Part shown: positions 1 to 11,800 of the stretch, one piece after another
Numbering within the stretch: position 1 is the stretch's first letter
How the letters are laid out: every line of letters starts with the position of its first letter
NCBI GenBank assembly: GCA_012295275.1
Contig: CM022676.1
Coordinates: forward strand, 11,842,001-11,906,000
Direction: 5' to 3'
DNA length: 64,000 nt
Origin: Chrysomallon squamiferum
Taxonomy: Eukaryota > Animalia > Mollusca
The notes under the pieces: generated by a model
Told to the model about the DNA's origin: nothing
Database searches by the model: none
What the model saw: the letters and a program-made list of their open reading frames with translations, nothing else
Program-made: the position numbers and the translations under genes

Positions 1-86
1 GGTTGTTCTTTGTGGTAGTGCAGTGTGCTGCCATCGCTGGTGTGATAAAAGCTATCTTTCAATCGAAACCAGTGAAGTCGACTTAA
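1..86 (+). CDS. 3' end of the last coding exon of a tandem paralog of the RING-TM gene (starts before the window)
   Basis: Position 1 aligns with 6227. Reads (R)LFFVVVQCAAIAGVIKAIFQSKPVKST* (TAA 84-86) versus RLLFMAVLCCVIVFAIRP... in the complete copy. The following 3' UTR is nearly identical to 6400 onward. Confidence 0.65.
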   Translation, partial: LFFVVVQCAAIAGVIKAIFQSKPVKST

Positions 87-814
87 ATAACAGCAGACAG
101 AAGTACAGCAAAGAGAAGAATCATAAACTGTTAAATTAATTATATCTGTGATAAAAAAAATATTTGCTCATTTTATTTTTATTGTTTTGTTTGATATAAT
201 TTGTAATTTTATCTTTATTATTATTATTATTATTATTCCTGTTTTTGTTTTATTATTGTTATTTGTAAATGAAATAAAAGTAAAATTACATTGATCGTTA
301 AAGACACAGAATTTGATATTTACAACTCTGCTTCATATAATTAATAATTTCTGAAATTTAAAATTATTGAAAACATATCAGTGTGTAAAGAAAAGAAATA
401 GGTTTCGATAGCAACAGCTGTAACAGTTTTTTTGTTTTTTACTATTCTTAGAACTGTTAAGACAGTGATGTCACTGTTTTGTAAGAAAAGAGATGTCACT
501 AACTGTTAAGAGACAGAAATCTCTGTTCTAAGAACTGTTAAGATGTCACAGTGACAGGTAGGTCACTATTCTGTTCAGAAAGACACGTCACCACCAGTTA
601 GTGGCCCTGCCAGCAGTTTGATGGAGTTCTATAAATAGATCATCTGATAAAAAATTTAAAACAGTAAAAATAGTAGTGTTTAAAAAGGAAAACTGTGTGG
701 AATGTAGTGTCCTGTTTTTTTGTGTGTGTGTTTTAAGAAGAAGAGTTCTTTGTAATTTGTTTTAATATTCATTCATTTGTCTAGTGATTCATCACAGTTA
801 TGTTTTAATACTGT

Positions 815-1005
815 CTGTTCTTCCATGCATCTGTTCATTCTTTCATTCATCAATGGATCTAAATTTATCTGTTCTTCCATCCATTCATTCATTCATCAAT
901 GGATCTTAATTTATCTGTTCTTCCATCCATCTATTCATTCATCAATGGATCTTAATTTATCTGTTCTTCCATCCATTCATTCATTCATCAATGGATCTTA
1001 ATTTA
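815..1005. repeat. Tandem repeat, ~45-bp unit (ctgttcttccatccattcattcattcatcaatggatcttaatttat), ~4 copies
   Basis: Visible directly. The paralogous region near 6905-7020 has fewer, more degenerate units. Confidence 0.85.
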
Positions 1006-2106
1006 GCTGTGTTTTATTTGTCATGTGGTTGTTTTAATTCAGTCTTTATTCATCATGTTAGTGATATCAAGTAACACAGTCATGTTTTTTGTTTTGCAGT
1101 TTTATATGGCGTCATTTATTTTAATACCAAACTGGAAAATGTAAACTGATGTAAAGATTAAACATATTTTCAGGTGAACTGAACTTTGAACTGAGCTAAA
1201 GTGAACAAAATAGAACTAAATATTTTGTTACCTGTATTTTTCTGTGATATTTTATCTAAAGATGTACATTTTTATTTATCACACCTTACAGAAGAAATAA
1301 AACTTAAAATGTTTTGAATTTCTTAATTTTCACTGATTTATTAGTGATTGTGACTGATAGCTGTCTGTCTTTGTGATATTAGTGATAGTCACTGATAATT
1401 GTCTGCCAGTATTAGTGACAGTGACCACTTATCATGCTGACGTTAATACTTTTATATAGGTGATATTAGTCATAGTGACGTGACAATGCATTTATCTTGT
1501 GAGTTGCGATAGTGTTTATTTGGTGACTGTGATTGTGACTGGCAGTCTTCTGTTTGTGACTGACAGTGATCACATTTTGTGATATTAGTGATTGTGACTG
1601 ATCACATTCTGCGCGAGAGAAGATGTCTGTGTGACTGTCACACGCTGATCTGTGGCAGAAGTAGACAAAAGATTATCTACTCACTCTGCTGATGTACGTA
1701 CACATCATTTGTCATACTGTTGACATTTTCCAGTACTGACTGGAGTACTGGATTTATTATTTCATCCTTGACTGCTTAAGGTTTCATTTACATATATTTA
1801 GAAACAAACAAACAAACAAAAAGAAAAAGATTAAAAATAAAAAAATAAAAAAATACTTGTATAAATACAGACATTTAAAAAGCTGAAGAAGTAAACGTTA
1901 TTTCAAAATTTTGTTTATATCTGTTTCATTATGGACTTTTTTCATCTTATTTTAGTAAGAGAAATAGGAAATGATACCCCACTATAGAATTTATATATCT
2001 ATATAAAATGGCAGATTGAAATTGTAAAAAGAACATTTTATTATCACTTCATTTTAATTTCTTTTGGTTTTAGCAAATCTTTTATTTCAAAACAGTCCTA
2101 TATTTT

Positions 2107-2165
<59 letters not shown>

Positions 2166-3528
2166 AACACCCCCCGATGTACACATACACAAATGGACAG
2201 TCAAATACTGTCTTTGTCCCTCACACACAAACATCCTAATCATTTTTATGGATTTTGAACATTGTATACAACAATACATTATTCAGTTACATTCTCCACA
2301 TAATGAATTAATGAAATCACGTATACATTTAGCAAAGTTTTGTATGTGGTATCTTGTTTGTCAAAAAAATCAGTCGACATAACGACTGGTTAAAGTCAAT
2401 GAAAAATAGATATTAAACATTACTGGCCCATAACCTAACATAATTTAAAAATAAAAATAAATAAAAAATAAAAAATAAAGTAAAATAATAATATTTTATT
2501 ATTGCAATTATTATTATTCAGTAAGATGTATGGTTTTAAATATAGTTATCCGTAGACCAAAATAAATCATTATACCATTTTTTCATTGAACATCGATTTC
2601 TTAACAAACGGGCATATTAAATTCACACTTTATTAAAAAAGTAATTTGTACATTTGTTCACTGTGAAGTAATTCAAGTAACCAATCTTATTTCTTTTTTT
2701 AGAATTTTTTATTTTTTTTTTTTTTTAAAGTTGTTGAATGATCCTGAAGGTAAAATATATTGTTTCGAGGAAGTTGTTTTAGCCATTATAATCTCAGAGA
2801 CATATAGTCTTTGTCATCAAAACTTCTTACATTTTCTTTTTTAATGTATGATTATAATTTAAGGAACTGGGATACTTGTCACATCCTAAAGTGGGAAAAA
2901 GATAAAATAAAATATTATTTTATTAATACATGCATTAGAAAGAAAAACAATTTGGTTCTAGAGTAATGTGTCATGTGACCTTGATCAGTATTAGAACAAA
3001 CGAAACTATGGTCTGCGGAAGAATTTAGAATTTATTATTTAAATTTCGTCTGTCTGAAAACCATAAATTTCGACTGATCATAAAAGACAGAAAAATCGTT
3101 TAAGTACAGAGTTTACATCCACTTACAAAACAATTTCAAGTAAGTTGTCATATTTATAATGTTTTTGTTTTATATTTGTCATGATTGCCAGGGGAGACTA
3201 CTTGTATCTAAGAAACTGCGTTCAATAATTTAAGTTTCAACTTCGATGTTTGGAAATGTGTAGTGAGAAAAATCAGTTCTGTTTTAAATATTTTCGTTTG
3301 CTATAAGTATTACAAAACAAACTTTTTTTTTAATAATCATAAAATACTGCTTATTCATTTTATTATCTAGTCGCAAAGTGAGATTCGTAATACAAAAGAA
3401 AACTTGTATGATAACAATTTAAACGCTTTTTCAGATAGTAGCCAGTAAGTATTTTTGATTTCTTGTTATGAATGCACATGAGATAATGTATTTGGATTGG
3501 TAAGTCACAAATAGCTTGTTTTATTAAA

Positions 3529-3577
<49 letters not shown>

Positions 3578-3980
3578 AATAATTTCTACTTATATCAGTC
3601 TGTTTATGTCTTTTATTTCAGTAACTAATATTTACTAGTACTTCAAAACTCAATGATAATTAGAATTAATAAAAATCTGTATTTTAATCTTTTCTTCACT
3701 CAGGTCAAACTGATTTCAGGGTATTCCTAAATTACAAAACTTTTGTTATTCTTGCAAACACAACAATAATAGCAACAGAAACTAAAAAAAAAATTGTAGA
3801 AATGAAATCTATATTTTAGTGTATTTTTTCATTCAGGTTGAACAGTATCAGTATCGAATATCTAAAATGACTTAAGCTTTTGTTACTAATGCCTAAAAAA
3901 AAAAAAAAAAAAAAAAAGGAAAACCAATATTCTAAATAAATAAAAACTTTGTTTTGTTGCGTTTTTTTCACTTCAGATAA

Positions 3981-4323
3981 ATGATGTCAGGATCATCGTG
4001 CTCCATTTGTCTGGATTGTTTTTCTCGCCCAGTTGCTTGTATTCCGTGCGGCCATGTTTTCTGTGGGAACTGCATCAGACAGTGGAGGAATTCAGGTCAG
4101 AACTGTCCACACTGTCGAGAATGCATCAGAGACACCCAGAGAATTATCTGGGAAGACAGCGATAGTAAGTTGAGTCATTTAACAAGACAGAAAACAATAT
4201 CTGACAGAATAAATTTGAAAGTTTTGTAATAGCTGTATCTGTTGTACAGGTAAAAGACAAAAATGGAAGTAGACATTTTGTGAAAATAAAATCAGTTGTA
4301 TCTTTAATTCACAAGAAAGAGGA

Positions 4324-4354
<31 letters not shown>

Positions 4355-6402
4355 GGAAAAAAATGGTTAGAAGAATAATTTAGGAAGATAGTTTTTCACA
4401 AATTTGAAAGAAAAAAAAATATATTTTTGTATTTCACTGTCTAAAAAATAAAAAATAAATAAAGTAATTAGTGCCAGGCCTAAATGTTTTTGGACATTTT
4501 ATAAAACATTTTCTTACAAACTGATAAGTTCTGTTTTTGACTAAATAATGAAAAACTTGTGGTTTACATATTTTTTCAGTTTGGTCAAAAAATATTATAT
4601 TTGTTTCTAATAAATATATTTCCATCAAGTCAAACTGAATTCTTCCACCCCCAAGTGATACTATTAAAATGTATTGCACAGTTTATCAAGACTGCTCCCA
4701 GAAAGGTCAAGGTCAGCTGTTTGACGCCACCTGGTTACGAGAGAAGCTGGAAGACTTCAGAGAAAAATCTGTGAAAGGTAAAAATCATTTTCTTTTAAAA
4801 TTAGATTTTAAAATTTTATCAATTTTTGTGTTTGAAAATGTGTGAATTGTACATATCAGAGTATGAACGCGTGTGTGTGTGTCTGCATGTTTCTGTGTAT
4901 GTGTATATGTATGTGTTATTGTATATATATAAATTTATATATTGTATGATTTTGTGTTTGAGACGGAATGAGTGTGTGTGTGTATGTGTGTATTTAAGAT
5001 ACAGTTATTACTGTAATTGTATTTTTGTGTGTGTATGTGTATTTAACATAGTTAATACTGTAATTGTATTTTTGTGTGTATGTGTGTATTTAAGATACAG
5101 TTAATACTGTAATTGTATTTTTGTGTGTATGTGTGTATTTAAGATACAGTTAATACTGTAATTGTATTTTTGTGTGTATGTGTGTATTTAAGATACAGTT
5201 AATACTGTAATTGTATTTTTGTGTATAGATGTGTATTTATGATACAATTGTATTTTTGTACTGTAATTGTATTTTTGTTAATACTGTAATTGTATTTTTG
5301 TGTCTGTATGTGTATTTAAGATAGAGATGATACTGTAATTGTATTTTTGTGTCTGTGTGTATTTAAGATACAGTTAATACTGTAATTGTATTTTTGTTTT
5401 ACAGAAATTCAAACTTTATCCAGCAGAGTTACAAACATTTGTTACAGAGAGACTGTTCACCAGATACTGGGTAATCACTTTGTGCACACACACACACACA
5501 GACATACATACATACATACACTGTGCACAGACACACATACAGACAAACATTCAGGTGCAAAGAGACAAACATTTACAGAAAAACACTTAAATACTAAAAA
5601 CACGTAAATGCATGTTGCATACTCAAACCTAAATGGGCACACACACACATTCACACAGACAGACAGACATATTATGTTGAGCTAACACTGATGCACTTTG
5701 ACTGTTATTAAAACTGTTATTAAAACACACTGAAAGACAGTTCACTGACACACACAGACAGACACACATACATGCATCATGCTGAACTGGACTGACACAT
5801 GTTAACATTACATTTGTTTGTTTGTTTCAGACTCTGTGAGGAAGTCATGGGAGGATGTAGGTTTAGAGACGCAGGTTTTGATAGGTTTTGTCTTTGTGCT
5901 GGTTGTGTCTCTGCTCATACAGGACGTGAACAGTGAACACGGAGTTGTCCGCACCTGTCTCCTTCCAGTCTTCGAGCTCATTTTCGACGCAGCCTGTCGT
6001 GTCTCCTCCCTCCTTCTCTTCACCCTCACACGCCCAGTTTTGTGCCTGGGTCGCTGTCTGTGTGAAATATGCTGCATGTTTTCAGACATCTTCATTGGGC
6101 TGGTGCACACGCTCATAAATGTCACAACAGATGCCATTATGGTTCCCATGGTGATAATGCGATCCATTGCAGTGGGAATTGTTCTTCTCATCAACTTCTC
6201 TGCTCAGATTGTGTTAACGTTGTTGCGGTTGTTGTTCATGGCAGTGCTGTGTTGTGTCATCGTCTTTGCAATACGACCAGACCCCACTGTAACCAGCTAT
6301 GTAAACAGAGGTGTTGAGATCCTGGCTGATTGCTGGAATAGATTCAAGTCACAGCACACAGAAGTACAGCAGAGAGAAGTACAGGAGAGAGAAGAATCAT
6401 AA
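3981..6402 (+). CDS. RING finger (C3HC4) protein with C-terminal hydrophobic/transmembrane segments, putative membrane-anchored E3 ubiquitin ligase, 305 aa
   Basis: Exons 3981-4164, 4682-4777, 5405-5470, 5831-6402. All introns are GT-AG and phase 1, giving 918 nt open. RING motif CSIC...CGHVFCGNC...CPHC. Hydrophobic stretches VLIGFVFVLVVSLLI and IAVGIVLLINFSAQIVLTLLRLLFMAVLCCVIVFAI. Confidence 0.85.
4985..5400. repeat. Intronic minisatellite, ~49-bp unit (ttaagatacagttaatactgtaattgtatttttgtgtgtatgtgtgtat), running into the acceptor at 5404
   Basis: About 8 copies visible; the last copy merges into ttttacag. Confidence 0.85.
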
Positions 6403-8423
6403 ACTTTTTAAAATTAATTATATCTGTGATAAAAAAAAATATTTGCTCATTTTATTTTTACTGTTTTTGTTTTTGTGTTTTTTTTTGTTCAGTTATTTGA
6501 AAATATAATTTGTGATTTTATCTTTATTATTATTATTCCTGTTTTTGTTTTATTATTGTTATTTGTAAATGAAATAAAAGTAAAATTACAGTGATCGTTA
6601 AAGACACAGAATTTGATATTTACAGCTCTGCTTCATACAATTAATCATTTCTGAAATTTAAAATTATTGAAAACATTGCAGTGTGTAAAGGAAAGAAATA
6701 GGTTTCCTTAGCAACAGTTGTAACAGTTTTTTCTTTTTTTTTTTATAAGAAAATTTAAAACAGCAGTAAAAATAGTTGTTTAAACAGGAAAAACTGGAAT
6801 GTAATGTCCTGGGTTTTTTTTTGTTTTTTTTAAGAAGAGTTCTTTGTAATTTGTTTTAATATTCATTCATTTGTCTAGTGATTCATCACAGTAATGTTTT
6901 AATACTGTCTCTTCTTCCATGCATCTGTTCATTCTTTCATTCATCCGTTGATCTTAATTTATCTGTTCTTCCATCCATTCATTCATTCGTCAGGGGATCT
7001 CAGTATTATCTGTTCTTCCAACAAAAACAACTTCTTAATTTTAACTGTTCTTCCAAGTTCTTTAAAAAGTTATTTTATTTACATTTAGATATTTTTCAGT
7101 TTCATTAGATAAGTTTTAACTTACTCAGTCTGGAAAATGAGTGTAGATTAATACTTTGAGAATATTTTGTTTTAAGACAGAAAAGATACAGAAATTCTGT
7201 TCACCTTAAAATTATTATTGTTTTTTTTGTGACTTTATTTAAAGCTATATGATCACAACTGTTATTATTTTACTTACTGGGAAGGTTTATAAAAAATATC
7301 TCTTCCTGCTGTATAAAAAGAGTAACCCATGTCACAATTACAGATTTCTTCTTCTGAGTCTGTTTTATGTGGTCATACATTTGTGTTCTCTGTGTGTTAT
7401 AGCTAATATTTCATCAATTTTTGCAAGTTACAGCTGTAAAACTCAGTGATAATTTTAAAAATAAACACACCAGTGTTTTTTTGTGTACAAAAAGTCAGTT
7501 AGCTGTAAGCTGTGTTTTATTTGTCATGTGGTTGTTTTAATTCAGTCTTTATTCATCATGTTAGTGAAATCAATTAACACGGTCATTTTTTTTGTTTTGA
7601 GGTTTTATATGGCGCCATTTATTTTAATACCAAACTGGAAAATGTAAACTGATGTAAAGATTCAACATTTTCATTTGAACTGAACTAAGGTGAACTAAAT
7701 TGAACTGAATGTTTGATGTAAAGATTAAACATATTTTCAGGTGAACTGAACTAAGGTGAACTAAACTGAACTGAATGTTTTGTTACCTGTGTTTCGCTGT
7801 GGTCTAATCAGGCAGCAACAGAAAATAGTTTTATCTAAATGATGTAAATTTTTATTTATAAGTTACAGAAGTAATAAAACTTATAAAACTTTTAGCATTT
7901 CTTAATTTACACTGATTTATTTGTAATTGTTAGTGATAGTGACAGTGATCACTTAACATGCTGATGTTAATGATTTTATGTCAGTGTGACATTAATGACG
8001 TGACACTGTTTTTATCTTTGGGGTTGTGACAGTGATTGTGACCAGTAATTTTGCTATTTGACACTTTCCAGTACTGACTGGAATACTAGTTTTATTATTT
8101 TATCCTTACAAGGTTACATTCACATTTAAGAACAAACAAACCAACCAAAACAAAAAAGAAAATAAGAACAAAAAACACAGACACACAAAAAAAGAAGAAA
8201 AACTTGTATAAAAAAGCTGTAGAGGTAAATGTTGATTTCTTAATTTTCTTCATCTGCATCATTAAGGATTTTTTTTTTTTAATCTTATTTTAGTTAGAGA
8301 ATGGAAGTGAATGTTTAACGACAAAATGAAAGAAAAAACTCAAACGGTAACAAGAACATTTTTATTATCACTTCAGTTTAATTTCCTTTGGTTTTAGTAA
8401 ATCTTGTATTTCACAACAGTCCT
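6227..8423 (+). repeat. Tandem segmental duplication, copy 2
   Basis: Homologous to 1-2100. Carries ~7020-7510 that is absent from copy 1, and lacks most of ~435-650 of copy 1. Confidence 0.9.
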
Positions 8424-8848
8424 AAACAACCCCCCTCCCTCCCTAATACTCACTCACTCACTCACTCCTCACACTCTCTCTCTCACCTATATTTTTGATT
8501 GATCTCTGGTGTGTCCATATTATCTCTTTGAAAACAAAAAATACCAAACAGCAAAATTTCTCCCTTACTCTTTGGGTATTAATCGAGAAAAAAAAAGAGA
8601 ATGAAAAAAGAAAAAAGAAATTATGTCTAGCAGTCTAACAGATGGATCAGAAGCCATCACTGTATAAACCAGTTTTTAAATAAATAAATAAATAATTACA
8701 ACAGTGATGACAATATTATAATAGTAATAATGATGATAATAAAAGAAATAGTGAACATATTCAATAATAATGATAATGATAATGATAATAATAATGAAAA
8801 ATACAAGAATCCAGGTCATGTGACAAAGTTGTAGAATTCCACTTCAGT

Positions 8849-11800
8849 TCAGTTCTGACTAGAGTTGTCTTTCTTGTTGATGTTGATGTTGTTGTAACGT
8901 AGCAGAGCCTGGAACCAACGTTTGCAGCGTTCAAGTTCTTCAACGTTGTCAAGAGATGTGTGCACGTTCGACTGCGACCCCAAACCTGCAGAACTGTTAG
9001 CTCTCACAGTGACAGTGATCTGAAACACAAAATACAACACTGTTAGTTCTCACAGTGACTGATCTGAAACACAAAATACAACACATTATTTATAATACTG
9101 TTAGTTCTCACAGTGACAGTGATCTGAAACACAAAATACAACACATTGTGTTTTAGATCACTGTCACTGTAAAAACAAAATACAACACAGCCACATAAAC
9201 ACATGAAAAAAAAAAATTGCTAGCTGCTAACTATAATTGGTGAACTCAGTGTGTTACTATGACAACACAGTACGTTGCTATGACAACAAACAATGAACTG
9301 ATGTCAATAACACATTTTTCTACTTACTGGTTCTGACCTTCCTGCGTTGTCCTTCCCAAGACCTTGACCTTCCTTCCAGCCCATCTTAGCGAGAAGTCTG
9401 TGTCCCTTGTTGTCCTCTGACAGCGGTCTGAAAGTAATCACATTCCAGTGATGTCACAGAGGAAACAGAAAACAAAAATAATAATAAAATATCTTTTTAG
9501 GTGAGATATCCCACAATGCAACATGCCACAGCCATTTTTTTTTTCTCAGCCCAGAATGCTGACAAATAGTATTTGTTGAATAATGAGAAATTTTACTTCT
9601 CTCGTCATACCCACTCTGAGATAGATATTTACTTGCCTATCTGTCCATGTATCCATCTGTCTTTCTTTCTGTCAGTATCTATGAACCTACCTAGCTACCT
9701 ATGTACTGTTTTTATATTTAGCCAGTGAATGAAACTAAGTACAAAATAAAGTTTAATATTTGCTGCTCCAAAAAAAAAAACATAATTTCATGATTTCATG
9801 TCACATCTATTTTTTTTTTAAATTAGTTTTCATTCTAGTCTAACAAAATGGCCAATACATTCAAAATGTATTAAAACACACAAAAAATCCCAAATAAAAG
9901 GAAAAAATAACTGGGATGAAAACAAAGAAGTCCATAATAAAAGTTTTGTCTCACAATTTAACCTAACACTTTCTTTATCTGAATATTTTGACAATTGTTT
10001 TGTGAAGACTAATATTAAAAAATGACAAAAACGTCTCTGTTCATTGCTGCTAATAACGTCCTCTCTGAAACTACCCAGACTGAGTAAGACAAACCTGTCT
10101 ACTGATGCGGTAGCTGCTGTTTTGGCGTGAGGGACGTCGCTGCCCACTGTCTGGCGACGCAGCTCAGCTTTGTCGACGTACGCGGGGTTGTTGATAGCTG
10201 CAGCGTTGTCGACGTACTTTGAGTTCTGGGAAGAGAAACATGCACTGTAAGTCAAGTTTATACACTAAACTACATTCATAAAAATAAAAATAAAAATAAA
10301 AATAAAAATAAAAATAAAAATAAAAATAAAAATAAATTTAAAAATAAAAATAAAAATGAAAATAAATTTAAAAATAAAAATAAAAAAAAAAAAAAAAAAA
10401 AATTTAAAAATAAAAATAAAAATAAAAATAAAAATGAAAATAAAAATAAAAATAAAAATAAAAATTAAATAGTGATGTCTGAAGTTGATAAAGATCTAAT
10501 ACAGCTGTCACTAGTTAAAACAGTTGTCACTGTCACTAGTTAAAACAGGTGTCACTGTCACTAGTTAAAACAGGTGTCACTGTCACTAGTTAAAACAGTT
10601 GTCACTGTCACTAGTTAAAACAGTTGTGTGTCACTGTCACTAGTTAAAACAGTTGTCACTGTCACTAGTTAAAACAGTTGTCACTGTCACTAGTTAAAAC
10701 AGCAGTCACTGTCACTTACTTTCAACCCGTATTTCTTTTTTATTTCTTTCAGCTGTTCTCTCTGAGCCCGCATTTTGTCTTCTTTACTCGTGAAGAAAAT
10801 TTCTAAAATAATAAACAAATGAAATAATAAACAAATAAAATAATAAACAAATGAAATAATAAACAAATGAAATAATAAACAATTAACACTGCTAATGCAT
10901 CAGAACATTATTAATGTTTATTTTACAGCTAAAGTCTGCGTGTGTGTGTGGTTATGTGTATAGGTGTGTGCGTGGTTATATGTGTATGTGTGTATATATT
11001 TATATATACAAAAATAAAAAAAACAAAGCAATTCATTTAACATGAATAAGTAAACATTTTCAAAGTTAATGTGTGTGTGTGTGTGTGTGGTGTGTGTCTG
11101 TGTTTATTATTGATTGTTTGTTTTATTTAAACAGAGTTATCTCACCTGGTTTGTTCTGTGTGTATTATTAATTGTTTGTTTTATTTAAACAGAGTTATCT
11201 CACCTGGTTTGTTCTGTGTGTATTATTAATTGTTTGTTTTATTTAAACAGAGTTATCTCACCTGGTTTGTTCTGTGTGTATTATTAATTGTTTGTTTTAT
11301 TTAAACAGAGTTATCTCACCTGGTTTGTTCTGCTTGGCACGCTGTGACCTGACCTGGCCCGGTTCACACGCGTCACACGTGTCACTGCTGTTGTGTATAT
11401 GAAGTGACACGTGTGTGTGTCCTAACTGTAGCACATCACCATGTGTCACACGCACACCCTGACTACAAAACAGAACAGTTCACTGAGTACTCGGTTCAGT
11501 TAGTGAGTCAGTCAGAGTTAGTCAGTGAGTCAGTCACAGTTAGTTCGTCAGAGTTAGTTAGTGAGTCAGTCGTCAGTATGTTAGACAGTCATCAGTTTAT
11601 ATGTTAGACAGTCAGTGACAATGACTTTATTATCATAAACTGTATGGTTACAGAGAAAAATATATTACAAATATATAATAACAAAATTAAAATGCGAGTT
11701 AGTAAGTCATCAGTCACTGAATCAGTCAGTAAGTCATTAGTCAGTCAGTTATTAGTCAGTAAGTCATTAGGGTGTAAAAGAATAAAAATTATTTAAAATG

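Larger units (their letters stand above)
1..2100 (+). repeat. Tandem segmental duplication, copy 1 (homologous to ~6227-8423)
   Basis: Long near-identical blocks, e.g. 112-430 vs 6390-6730, 1005-1200 vs 7508-7770 and 2035-2100 vs 8357-8423, with copy-specific indels. Confidence 0.9.

Noticed and set aside
3185-3215. gccaggggagactac, weakly similar to the U1 snRNA 5' region
   Set aside because: The match is too short; ATACTTACCTG and the rest of U1 are absent.
5808-6194. 128-aa minus-strand ORF inside the RING gene's last exon
   Set aside because: Antisense to a well-supported exon, with no recognisable motif.
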